A stretch of 63,491 bases of DNA, filler included, from Thraustochytrium aureum (GCA_012862495.1; 7 parts of 5 records of this genome joined end to end with filler, not necessarily neighbours in it); one strand, 5' to 3'. Counted from the first letter of the whole stretch, positions 49,344 to 61,386 are shown. The notes: generated by a model not told the origin, from the letters alone. A program made the numbers and translations.

Positions 49344-51783
49344 ATGCCGCTAACAAAGGCGCAGAAGGAGGCCAGGCGGCGCGCGAGGAATGAAAAGATC
49401 AGCATCGGCGTGCGCGATGACCCCGAGTCGATGGTGAAGATCCCGCGGTTCAAGCTGACAGCTGAGCACGTCAACACGGTGTTTCACAATGAGGTCGAGT
49501 ACGTCGTGGACGAGTCCGGCGCGGTGATCTACCCGGACAGGTTCATGTGGGAGTGCATGCCGCCGCCTTTCAAGTACTTTATTGTGGTCAAGGAGGTCAT
49601 GGAGCTGCCGCCCGACGATCTCGCCGACCCCACGTACGCGGGCGACACTGTCATTCTCGTTCGCAACGTCCCGCTGCGCGCCACGGAGAGCGATCTGGAT
49701 GCATGGCTCCGCAAAGGCCTCGAGGAGTGCGACGAGCGATTTGCCGCCCAATCAAGCAAAATCGCACAAGTGCAAAAGGCCATAAAGCAAAACCAAGAGC
49801 GCCTCGAACAGATCCCGTTTATGCCGACCGAGGCCAAGACGGACGCTGGGATGGCCGAGGAGCGCCGCACACTTGCAGCTGTGCTGCACAAGCGGCTGTC
49901 TGAACTCAACACCGAGTTGGAGGCGGCGGAAGAGCAGCTTGCCAAGGAGGCGAAGCGCCGCGCCGCGAACACGCTCGGCCTCGAACTCGTCGAGTCTGAC
50001 GAAAAGCGCAAGCTCACGCTCTGGCACGCCCAGTTCTCCAGCGCCGCAGACGCCGACCGCGCAGTCAACTTTGACCGCTGGACATCCATCAAGCTGCTGC
50101 CCGGCCAGCCGGGCCAGAGCGAGCCGTGTGCCACCCTAGACGAGCTCACCGGCGGCGACGCCGAGGACGCAATCAACATGCGCGGTGTTGTCTTGCAGCG
50201 CATGCGGCACGGGCACGGCCGGTACACCGACTGGGTCCTGGGGCGACTCTTACCGCGGGGAGTTTCGGCACGGCCTACGGCACGGCCAGGGCAAGCTATA
50301 CGACCGCATGGGAGTCTACGACGGCGCGTTTGCCGACGATTATCGCTGCGGAAGAGGCGCCCAAACCTATGCGAACGGGGACCACTTCGAGGGCAACTGG
50401 GGCTTTACGCGTCACTATGCAAAGGACCCCAAACTCTTGGGCGATTTCTTCCACATGGGGCTGCCGCACGCCGAGGGCGGCAAGTTCACCTTTGCCGATG
50501 GGAGCTGGTACGAGGGCGAGTTTGTGGACGGTCGGATTTGCGGACGTGGGGTGTTCCACAACCCGGCCACAGGGGAGCGCATGGAGGGTGTTTTCCGGGA
50601 TGGACTCTTGCACGGACCTGGTCTGCATGTGCTGCCATCCGGGGAGCGCTGCGAGGGAACGTTTCGCGATGGCCAGCTTCATGGCGCTGGTGTGTGGGAG
50701 TCCAAGCCCCGCACTCGGTCGGGCGTTTTAAGGGATCGCTCACGGTGCAGTGGGACCTGGTTTAACGGCGAGCCTCACGGCCGCTGCGAGATGGAGTACC
50801 GCAAGGGGCCCACATATCGCGGCTATTACGTGGACGGGCTGCGCGAAGGCCCGGGCGCGCTGTTGTACGGCAACGTTTCCAAGCTGTTCGACAAGACCAC
50901 GGGCAAGACGTACCTCAAGCACGACGCAGAGTACCAGGGCACGTGGATCGCGGGCCGCATCCGCGCAAGGAATGTGCATGTGACGGTGCACGACCGGCTA
51001 ATCCCAACGGAGAAAGAGCAAATGAGGGCTTCGCAGAGCGGCTACCTGCTCGAGCTCCGCGACACGCTGGGCTACACGACCAACTTCAAGTCGTGGGCTC
51101 AGTACCCTTTCTTGCACAAGATCGTCTTCAAGGAGGCGGCCAAGCGGCGTCGGCGCTTTATTGCCCACGGCAAGTTTGAGCAGGCCAGCCGCGAGTTGCG
51201 GAAAGCGGTGGATCGCGAAAAGCGGCGCGCCTTCCGCGAGGAGCGGCAGTGGGCTGTGCAGCTCTTCAAGCGTGTGGATCGACGGCTCCAGCTCATCGCC
51301 GACATTTTCGCAAGTGGCGGGGTGGATTCGAGCCACCTTGAAGACAGCGAGGTCGTCGACGAGGACGAGGACGAGTACTACGAGGAGGACGAAGAAGACT
51401 ACGAGGACGAGGACGACCGTCTTTCGGCGTGGAGCGAGGACGAGGACGGCGGGGCGAGCGCAACGCAGCGGAGGAATCGGCCAAACGACGGTTCGAGCTT
51501 CTATTGCGACTCGGTCTGGTACTCTGAGGATGACGAGCGCGAGTTGTCGCCTGCAGAAGCAGAGCGGCAGGCGCTTCAAGAGGCTGCTCTGATGCTCAAG
51601 CAAAGCCCGCATCTGTTCGACCTTCGGGTCGCACTGGTAGACATCTTGGAAGACCCGCCGCCGCGGGACAAGTCGGGAAACACTGGCGTCAAGGACGCCG
51701 TGAACCACTTTGCGGTGCAACACGCGGAGACCAAGATGCGCGAGATGCTTCGCCCCAACGCGGGCGCCAAGCAAGAGCTCTAG
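49344..51783 (+). CDS. MORN-repeat protein with an N-terminal split RRM-like domain and an acidic tail; one extra G at 50240-50243
   Basis: Many YxGxFxxGxxHGxG repeats (YRGEFRHGLRHGQG, YEGEFVDGRICGRG, YRGYYVDGLREGPG). ORFs 49248-50765 and 50185-51783 join by removing one G. Confidence 0.9.
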
Positions 51784-52520
51784 TTCCTGCAAGCTCGACG
51801 TGGCGCAGGCTGCTGCCTTGCTGCTGTCGTGCAGGCTGAGGGGGCCGCGCTTGCGCATGGGGGTGCGCCAGAGTACACCGAAGCACTGATGCTACACCGT
51901 GCATGCTGCGCGGACGCGGCGTGCACGATTGGCCGGCAGCAAGAGCTACTACTCTCTCTTTTAAACACTGGAGCCTCAGCGTGTTCCGCGTAGAGGCGAC
52001 GAGCACGCGCACGCAACCTCAGTTCTTGACATCAACTATTGGAGATCACAATGCCTATCCTTATTGTTGTATAATGTCAGATCGTGTTGGGCCACGCCGT
52101 GGATGCTGCGCGGTCTTGGAAAAACGTTCGACGGGCAGCGGCGGGCCACTGAGACTCGGCCGAACTGACGAGGACGATGATGATGATGTTGCTGCTGCTG
52201 CTCAAGTTGAAGGTGGGATGAGTCGACGGCGGTGACGCACATCGAGTACTTGTTGCGGTGCCGGCACACCTGCATAACGAGGGTCCCGAGAGAGGACCCA
52301 GCGAGAGGGCAGCGAGGAGGAGAGCCTGGTCCCGAGCAAGCAGCGCTCAGCGCACGCCCCCAAGCACGCGCATGCAATTCACAGAACCCTCAGCGCCCTC
52401 TGCAATTGCATGCAAAAGCAAGCAGAGGGCTCGAAGGGCGGAAATAGCAAGCACGCGTCTTGGCGACGCGCCACCAAGCGCCGGCGGGGCGCAGGCGCCG
52501 GGAAGCCTGAACCAGGAACG

Positions 52521-53702
52521 TTACGCTTTGGGCGCGGCCTTGGCGCGACGGGTGTTGCGCCCGCGGGGGTTGCGCTTGTGGCTGTCATCGCTGAGCTCGA
52601 CCGTGAGCGGCTCGCCGGTCTCCGAGGCAATGCCAAAGCCCGACGAGGAAGCCTGCGACACTGCATCGGCGGCAGCTGAGGCGTCGGCAAAGTGCACGAG
52701 GGCAAACCTGCGCTTTGGCCGTACTTCTACGGATTCGACGGCGCCGAGCGGGCTAAGCAGCGCCCTAACGTCAGCCTCCGTCGGGTTTGACTCTTGCGAA
52801 AAGCCGCGCACGTGCGCGGTGCGCGCGAGCTCCTCGGCGGTGCGGGCCGTCTTCCATGGCTCGACAGTGAGCTGGGCGCCGGCGAGCGAGAGCGGGGACG
52901 CGGCGGCGCTCGAAACGGCCTTCTTGAGCTCCTCAGCCGAGGCGAAGACGGCGGAGGCGAAGGCGTCGCGCTGGCGAAGGGTGATTTGTTTGACAGCGCC
53001 GAAAGTTCCAAAGGCGGTGCGAAGCTGGTCCTCCGTGACGCTGTAGGACAGGTTGGACAAGTAGACGACCTTCTTGGGCGCGGGGACGCGCTCGGCTTCG
53101 GTGGTCTCCTCCTTCGCAGCGGCTTCGGTGCGCGGGCGGCGGTGCTCCACCTTGAGGGTGGCGCCGGCGAGGGCGATGCCCTCGGACTTGTTGGAGGCGG
53201 CGACGGCGGCGTTGGCGCCCTCCTCATTCTCGTACACGATAAAGGCGTGCACGAGCTGGCCCTTGCGCTGCTTGCGCCGCCGGATCTCGACGGAGCGCAC
53301 GGCGCCAAACTCGGCAAACGCGTCGTGGAGCGCGCTCTTGTCAAGGTCCTCGGGGAGCCCGCTCACATAAACGCTAAAGGCCCAGGTGGCGGCGCCCCCG
53401 CGCCGTCCCTTGCTCGCCTTGCTCGCCTTGCTCGCCTTGCGCCCCTCGGCCTCGGGCCGCTCCTCGCGCGGCTTGAGTGCCTCCATGGTCATCGCGGTCC
53501 CTTCGACGTTGACAGTGCCGGCGGCGAGCGCGGCGTCGCGCGCCGCGTCTTGCGCAAACTTGGCGATCACAAACCCGCGGCGCACATTGATCGTCGACGA
53601 CTCTGCCAGCGCGCCAAACGAGCTTTCCAGCGCGGCCTTGACTTGCTCCCCGTCCACCTGCGTCCCGCGGAATCGCACGAACACGCCCTCCACGCCAGCC
53701 AT
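52521..53702 (-). CDS. RNA-binding protein with four RRM domains
   Basis: RNP2/RNP1 pairs VFVRF..RGFVIAKF, VYVSGL..HAFIVY, VYLSNL..AFASAVF and AHVRGF..RFALVHF, with strong GC3 codon bias. Confidence 0.9.
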   Translation of the reverse strand: MAGVEGVFVRFRGTQVDGEQVKAALESSFGALAESSTINVRRGFVIAKFAQDAARDAALAAGTVNVEGTAMTMEALKPREERPEAEGRKASKASKASKGRRGGAATWAFSVYVSGLPEDLDKSALHDAFAEFGAVRSVEIRRRKQRKGQLVHAFIVYENEEGANAAVAASNKSEGIALAGATLKVEHRRPRTEAAAKEETTEAERVPAPKKVVYLSNLSYSVTEDQLRTAFGTFGAVKQITLRQRDAFASAVFASAEELKKAVSSAAASPLSLAGAQLTVEPWKTARTAEELARTAHVRGFSQESNPTEADVRALLSPLGAVESVEVRPKRRFALVHFADASAAADAVSQASSSGFGIASETGEPLTVELSDDSHKRNPRGRNTRRAKAAPKA

Positions 53703-54604
53703 CCTACCTATCCCACAACCACCGCCGACGTGCTGCAAGGAGCGAGCGAGGACACGGGGCAGAGCAGCAGTCAATCAAATCGATCAAACAATCACTCCTT
53801 CCAACTGCACGACCGCCGCTGTCCTGGTGCTCGCCTGCGCGCTCCTGATCCGTGACTGCCGCCGGCCCCCGTGCTTGCTCACAGCCCTGCCTGCGCCTCC
53901 TCGTGTGTGGCCGGCCTCCGCGTGGAGGCGGAGATACCCTGCGCTATCTTTCTATCTTCTGTCACCTTCTCCGCCTATCTAACCCCTCCTCAAACTCGCC
54001 GAAGAATCGCGAGCAGGACCGACTTTCCCGCACGAACGAACGACCCTCTCGCTCTCGAAGGAAACCGAGCCAGCCGAGCCGGACAACCAACGCAACCGCC
54101 TCACCTCACCGCGAGAGCCCTTCGGAGCAGAACAGAACGATCCCGCGATCCGCGTCCATCCACGACCAGTCAGGGGCGCTGCGCGAGTGAGTAAAAGATA
54201 CCGGGAGCCGCTCTCCCACGCGCACATGCACGTGCGGCCGAGGCGTTTGCGCGGGAGATATCCTGCCGCGCACGTCGAGCAAGTGGAGGCCCCGTGTGCG
54301 GGGCCCAAGGATGGCAAGCTGGGTGCTGACGGCTTCTTTCGGGGCTGGGGCAGCTCGTCTGCCCCCGCGTAACCCTAACCGCTGTCCGATCCGCGACTGG
54401 CGAAAAACGAGTGTTCGTTGCTCGCTCCACCGGTCTCTCACAATTGGATCGCTCTTTTGTTCGCGGAGATCGTGAGCGATCCCGTTCGTTGTGCGTTCCA
54501 CAGANNNNNNNNNNNNNNNNNNNNNNNNNNNNNNNNNNNNNNNNNNNNTTAATTAATTAANNNNNNNNNNNNNNNNNNNNNNNNNNNNNNNNNNNNNNNN
54601 NNNN

Positions 54605-57600
54605 TGCCCAACGTAGCCGCTGGGCCACGTTTACCAGATGGCCTCGAGAACCTAAAATGGGAGCGCTGCCCTCAGCCAGACGAATACGAGCTTGTGTATG
54701 CATCCGAAGCACGCGACGCGTACTTCATGCCGCGTGTCAAAGAGCAATGCACAGAGATGGTCCAGAAGGTAGCCGAGAAGGCGAAGCAGTTTGCAACTGA
54801 CTGCACGCAACTGACGCCTTTCCACGTCTTTATGCTCGTCGCAAGACACACTCTAGAAACCCTTGTTTCTTGGACAAACGAGCGCTTCCGGATGGCTGGC
54901 GAAACGCAGACAACTTTCTCAGAGTTCATGGTCTTCTTTGGGGCCTTTCTCTTTGGCCAGCTCTTAGCAACGAGCACCGACGCCGCTCTCCGCGCCTTCG
55001 CTGGATCCACCTCCAAGCCCCACCTCGTTTTAGGAAAAGTTCGCTTCTCGCAAATTCTGAAACGATTGAGTGCTATCAACCCTCAGGATCACGTGGCGGC
55101 GGGCACCGAGTTCGACCAGACTGTGGACATCGTCGCTAAGATGCGGGACTTCGAGGCCGTACTTTTCCGCTCCAGCCGCGCAATTGCTGGTTCTCGGTCG
55201 CAACACCTCGTTCTTGATGACGAGCTCGTTGGAACTCGTTCTAAGCAGGTCCAAAAGAGAGAACAGAGCAACAGAAAGGCAGGGAAAGACGGGGCAAAGA
55301 ACGATGGCATTGCCGATGCACTGTTTCGCATCATGTACAGTGTCAGACACCAAGAGCGTCTCGGCTACAGCCAAAACAGTGCAGTTACCAACTTATTGGC
55401 TGAGTCAGACACGTTTGGGGGCTCCCCAGGAAGGCTCTGTGGGAGCGTCGGGACAGGGGATCGGGGGTATAGTAAGCCAGGGTTCTGGTCTCGCTTCATG
55501 GCGTTTGGTGTTCGATTCCTCATGATAAGCGACACCCGCGCTCACCCGTTCACGGCGCTCAGCGACGTCATGGTGAAAGTTGCCAGAGCTGAAGCGCGCA
55601 AGAATTTAGACACCGGTCCTTTGAGAGACACACTTGCCAATGCTGCCATTCGCGCTCAGGCGGCTGGGGTCAAGAACGTCAGCGCCGACTTTCTTGTCCC
55701 TGACGACCCGCACCTTGGCCGAGAGTTGTTTGCTGCAAAAGCCAAGACAGTGGTCAACGGCGAGACGGAAGAGCTAACCGCAATAGCGTTTCGAGACTTT
55801 CAAGGCCGAGTCTCTGACAAGTACAGCAACGTCGTTCGCTTCGTTGAGTATGACACGGGGATGAGCGAGAAACTCATCAATACGATTTGCATGGTTAGAA
55901 TGGCAATCCCACGAGGGTCTAGCGCTGCAAAGCGCGTCCTGTTTTTCCCGTGCAAGTCAAACAGCAAACCCGCGTCGTTGAAGGAGGTCGAGGCTCTAAT
56001 TATGTTGCAAAAGGTGCGCGTGTTGACATGCTGGCAACGGAGTGCGGAATGGTTTGTACTTCGCCTGTTCTGCGTCACAGGCACCACAAGTGCCCAGCTT
56101 GCACGTACTTCTCCCGAGGCGCGTGCGCTTCTCGTTCAGCCGCCAGAGTTTCGAAGTGCTGTCGACAGAGACCTCGATCTCCCCCGTGAAGAGAGTGCAG
56201 CCGTTCATGAGGAACACGTTGCTGCGGGACCAAGCGCAATTGGGAGAGTTCAGAGTGTCTCCGTCTTTGACGATGTTGGTGCTGATGAGGACGACAACGA
56301 TTTTGACGATGANNNNNNNNNNNNNNNNNNNNNNNNNNNNNNNNNNNNNNNNNNNNNNNNNNNNNNNNNNNNNNNNNNNNNNNNNNNNNNNNNNNNNNNN
56401 NNNNNNNNNNNNNNNNNNNNNNNNNNNNNNNNNNNNNNNNNNNNNNNNNNNNNNNNNNNNNNNNNNNNNNNNNNNNNNNNNNNNNNNNNNNNNNNNNNNN
56501 NNNNNNNNNNNNNNNNNNNNNNNNNNNNNNNNNNNNNNNNNNNNNNNNNNNNNNNNNNNNNNNNNNNNNNNNNNNNNNNNNNNNNNNNNNNNNNNNNNNN
56601 NNNNNNNNNNNNNNNNNNNNNNNNNNNNNNNNNNNNNNNNNNNNNNNNNNNNNNNNNNNNNNNNNNNNNNNNNNNNNNNNNNNNNNNNNNNNNNNNNNNN
56701 NNNNNNNNNNNNNNNNNNNNNNNNNNNNNNNNNNNNNNNNNNNNNNNNNNNNNNNNNNNNNNNNNNNNNNNNNNNNNNNNNNNNNNNNNNNNNNNNNNNN
56801 NNNNNNNNNNNNNNNNNNNNNNNNNNNNNNNNNNNNNNNNNNNNNNNNNNNNNNNNNNNNNNNNNNNNNNNNNNNNNNNNNNNNNNNNNNNNNNNNNNNN
56901 NNNNNNNNNNNNNNNNNNNNNNNNNNNNNNNNNNNNNNNNNNNNNNNNNNNNNNNNNNNNNNNNNNNNNNNNNNNNNNNNNNNNNNNNNNNNNNNNNNNN
57001 NNNNNNNNNNNNNNNNNNNNNNNNNNNNNNNNNNNNNNNNNNNNNNNNNNNNNNNNNNNNNNNNNNNNNNNNNNNNNNNNNNNNNNNNNNNNNNNNNNNN
57101 NNNNNNNNNNNNNNNNNNNNNNNNNNNNNNNNNNNNNNNNNNNNNNNNNNNNNNNNNNNNNNNNNNNNNNNNNNNNNNNNNNNNNNNNNNNNNNNNNNNN
57201 NNNNNNNNNNNNNNNNNNNNNNNNNNNNNNNNNNNATCTGATGTCGTGGGCCCACGCTGGAATCGGCAAGGGTGGGCCGCCACCTGCTGCGCCAACTTGT
57301 TTTCAAGAAGAAGCCCGAGATGTGATAGCTTCGCACATGCGGCTTTGGCTCGCCGTTCACAAGAGGATTGTTGACGGCCCACTACCTCCCATCAAGATCT
57401 TCAAGGCCCTTGCCCAGGTCATTTACAACTCCCTGAAGGGTGGACTGGATGGGAATACGCAGTATGTCGCAGATCTCGCTGCTCCTGGAGCGCTCAAGCT
57501 CCGCTTTGATCAAAAGGTTGCGCTTCGCGGTTTGTCCCAGCTCGTCGCCAACTCCTTCGTCATTTACCGCGTCGTCAAGGTTTGTGCAGCTCAAGCGGAC

Positions 57601-58131
57601 CCCAGCGCGACGTTTCAAACGCTCAATGGGCTTCGAGCCGCGTGCAACAAGGTTTCAGCGTTGACGGATTTCGCGTACCAGTTGAGTATTTCTCTCGTTG
57701 AGGAAAGCGTGAGCACTCAGTTTAGCGTGGGCCTCAATGAACACCGGCAAGATCCGCGGCAATCAAGTAGTTCAGCGCGTGAGGGCGCTGAAGCCCCTCT
57801 TTCACTGGATCATGTGAATGCAGTTTTGAGAAACCGTCCGGTGCGAGCGAAGAAGATGCGCGCGTTTTTTGACAACGATGGCCCGAAGGGTGTACGCCTG
57901 TGCTCTGCCCTCGATCACCATCCGGTTCGTCTGCCAAAGACAGAAAGTGGTGCAGTTGGTCAAAAGGTTTGTGTCATGTGCGTGAGTGATGGCGGCCGGC
58001 AGAGGGCAACGCACATGTGCGCCGTTTGCGGAGCGCCGCTTCACCATACCATCACCGGACAAAACCGAGTGTCATGCTTCTTCAGGTTTCATCGCAAGCA
58101 GTCACTAAAGCCACATCACAAGGTGGCATGA
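54605..58131 (+). mobile_element. Divergent piggyBac-like DDD transposase with a C-terminal cysteine-rich domain and a large internal insertion; 5' truncated, N gap 56313-57235
   Basis: Catalytic-type motifs LVLDDE (D at 55216), RKAGKDG, GTGDRGY (D at 55459) and IYNSLKGGLDGNTQ (D at 57448). C-terminal CVMC...RATHMCAVCGAPLH...SCFFRFH. Visibly lower GC than host genes; it fills its own scaffold. No TIR or TTAA end visible. Confidence 0.8.
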
Positions 58132-60261
58132 TCATCTAACCTGTGACGAATTGTTGACGATGACCTTCCGTTCATCGCCATTGGCTCCGAGCCACCTACT
58201 GACGAAGCAGTTTGAGAGCCTTTGAGTTGTTTTTCTTTCTTGAGCTTATCCCATGGCCTGCTCGTCGCATGACGCTCGTATGGTACTNNNNNNNNNNNNN
58301 NNNNNNNNNNNNNNNNNNNNNNNNNNNNNNNTTAATTAATTAANNNNNNNNNNNNNNNNNNNNNNNNNNNNNNNNNNNNNNNNNNNNTACTTCTCGGGTC
58401 GATTTATTCACTCGTCATTGACCCCTCGGATGGGCCCGAACACGCGGTTGGTCACCGCTTGGTTTTTTTCCTCTTGCGCTCCTCCTCGAGCTTGTGCTCC
58501 TTCTCCAGTTTGCGCTTGCGCTCCTCGTGCTCGGCGGTGCGTTGTTGTCAGAGTGTGTTCAGTGACATCATGAGCGCGCCTGTCCCTCTTGGTCGCCCTG
58601 TGACTGTTTCTGTATGTTTGTTCTTGGTTGGGTTGTTGTTTGTCTGCTGCCAGTGGTGGCCGACCAAGCCAAGAGCGCACCCGACGGCGCCTCTCGCGCG
58701 AAGCGAGCTGTTGTGGCCGCTGTCGTCGTCGGGCTCCAGGTCCTTCAACCAACGTCGACTGGCCAAGTCAGGTCTCCCACCGGACCTTTCGTTTGGACTG
58801 CGCCGCGTTGGGCATCATCGCGCACCGCGTCCTCGATTGGACTACAGGCCGGGGTTGCCGGATGATGTCAGGTCCCGCTTCGCGCGCCACGGCGGCAGCC
58901 GGTCCCGGTGACGAGCAAGTCAGGTGTCGTGTGGGCGGGCGAGTTTCTCTCTCTAGCTAGTAGAGAGGCCTACCGCCAACGCAACGAGCGCTAGGTGCTG
59001 CTCAACAGGGCGCGGCGCGGCGCTTGTCAAGAGCGACGAGCTGGCGTTCGTTTTTCCTTCCACGGAGGACAAACCTGACGCGCCATTCGGCTTGGTCAGA
59101 ATGGAACGCAACACCCCGACTCGGAAAGGCAGAGCGAGAGGCGGTGGCGAACCCTGAGCTGAACGTGCACGGGCAGCCCGAGGACCCGAATGACCACTTT
59201 CGGGCCTGTTTGGTACGTCTCAGAGCGCTTAGCGCACCGTGGCTACTTTTACGTGTTCAATTCACGCGCGGACAAGGTGTGCCATCTCCTGCAACGCCCG
59301 GTCCCAGTCGGTCCAGACGCGAGAACTGGGATCGGTGCGACAAAAGCGATCGTGAGTGAGTTAGTAGATGATCATCGCGATCGCGGGACGAATGTGATGA
59401 AACAATCAGCTGAAACAGGGGTTTGTCCACGATAGCCTCAACGGAGCAAACAACTCCATGCCCGTGCAAACCTGCAAAACAAAGCAAAACAATCCTCATC
59501 CGTGTGGTGGGGTTGTTTACTCGCGCTTTACATTCTGTGCTGGCATGGCCATCGAGACCCACCCTGCAGCAGTCCCTGCAACCAGAAACGTGCTCAAGCT
59601 GTGTCCGATGTTTTGGAGGGTAGGCTTTTTCAGTTGGAGACTGTGTACTATCTCGGTGTATAATGCAGCCGCAGCGCAGACTATTTGAAATAGAAAGAAT
59701 CCACCGTTGGAGCGGGGTAGAACGTATCAAAGTGCCCATATGCCGCGCGGCAAATCGCGGAAACACCACGACATGCGTAGTAAATCACCTCGGAGCCTGC
59801 AGGATCTAGCGACGGACCTCGCACGACGCCTCGCTGCGCCACAACCATGCGCCACTGGTGGTAGGTAGGTACTCTAGCGCGTGGTGCGCGCGCTGCCGTA
59901 CAAGCACGTGCGGGATGCCGCAATTAGGTACGCCTACGCAGAGTGAGTGGGTACCTACATCCTCGTCATTGCCGCTCGCAGCAAGCTCGCAGTTTGACCG
60001 CCTGCCCGTGGCTGGCTGGCTCACCGCTGGCGCCTGACTGCTTCGATGACGGCGTGGCTGCCTCTGCTCGTGCTCCTCCCCTTCTGTCCAACGTCAACGG
60101 CCACATTCACGGCGGCTCGCTCGCGTCCCCTGCTGCTCCGACAAACAGACAGACAGACACACAGACGACAGGTCAATCTCACTCAATTCTCATCACCAGC
60201 GGCACGGCCAAATCTCGCTCGTCACGCTGAAACTCGACCTGCTCTCTCGTGAAACGCTCGC

Positions 60262-60423
60262 CGCCCCTCCCTCACAACCGCTCGTGTCCCTCTCTTCCCT
60301 GCTGCTCCCTGATGCCTCCCTGCTGCTTTCCTCCCTCTCAACCGCTCGTGTCCCTCTCTTCCCTGATCCCTTCCCTGCTGCTTTCCTCCCTCACAACCGC
60401 TATTGTCCCTCTCTTCCCTGCTG
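60262..60423. repeat. C/T-rich tandem repeat (about three copies of CCTCCCTCACAACCGCTCGTGTCCCTCTCTTCCCTG...) running into a gap
   Basis: The unit recurs at ~60267, ~60330 and ~60385. Confidence 0.85.
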
Positions 60424-60840
60424 NNNNNNNNNNNNNNNNNNNNNNNNNNNNNNNNNNNNNNNNNNNNNNNNNNNNNNNNNNNNNNNNNNNNNNNNNNNNN
60501 NNNNNNNNNNNNNNNNNNNNNNNNNNNNNNNNNNNNNNNNNNNNNNNNNNNNNNNNNNNNNNNNNNNNNNNNNNNNNNNNNNNNNNNNNNNNNNNNNNNN
60601 NNNNNNNNNNNNNNNNNNNNNNNNNNNNNNNNNNNNNNNNNNNNNNNNNNNNNNNNNNNNNNNNNNNNNNNNNNNNNNNNNNNNNNNNNNNNNNNNNNNN
60701 NNNNNNNNNNNNNNNNNNNNNNNNNNNNNNNNNNNNNNNNNNNNNNNNNNNNNNNNNNNNNNNNNNNNNNNNNNNNNNNNNNNNNNNNNNNNNNNNNNNN
60801 NNNNNNNNNNNNNNNNNNNNNNNNNNNNNNNNNNNNNNNN

Positions 60841-60980
60841 TTTGTTTTTTGGGTTGTTTTTGGGTTGTTTTTGGGTTGTTTTTGGGTTGTTTTTTTCGTT
60901 TTTTGGGTTGTTTTTGGTTGTTTTTGGGTTGGTTTTTGGGTTGTTTTTGGGTTGTTTTCGGGTGTTTTTTCGTTGGGTTT
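60841..60980. repeat. 11-bp G/T tandem repeat (TTTTTGGGTTG)n, degenerating rightwards
   Basis: About 11-12 units emerging from the N gap. Confidence 0.9.
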
Positions 60981-61386
60981 GCAAGTGCCGGAACGCGAAG
61001 AGCCGCCGCCCCCTCTGGCTGGCTGCATCGCGCGCGAGTCAAGACCGCGCGCGAGTCAAGACCGCGGGCGCGCCTCGCACGCCATTCTGCTGCCGGCCCT
61101 CCCTCCCTCCCTGCCAGCCGGCCTGCCAGCGCGCCTGCTTCCCACTTGCCGGTCAGGCAATCGCGCCATCAACATCCGTCCTCCTCGAGCAGCGGCAGGA
61201 GACGCGTGCTCGAGCGAGCGCGCGGGTGGCCTGCAGTCGCCTCCAGCGGCGGCGAGCGAAGGACTGGCGCTTCGGGTGCGGACGCGCTTCGTCGGGGGGC
61301 TGCTGTCGTAGATCGGCGGCGGCTTGGCGCCCGGGGCGCGACTGTTTGTTTGTTGCGGAGGCCAGCGCCGCACCGCGGCTGCCGCG

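Noticed and set aside
54370..54381. TAACCCTAACC telomere/telo-box-like motif upstream of the RRM gene
   Set aside because: Under two repeat units, compatible with chance.
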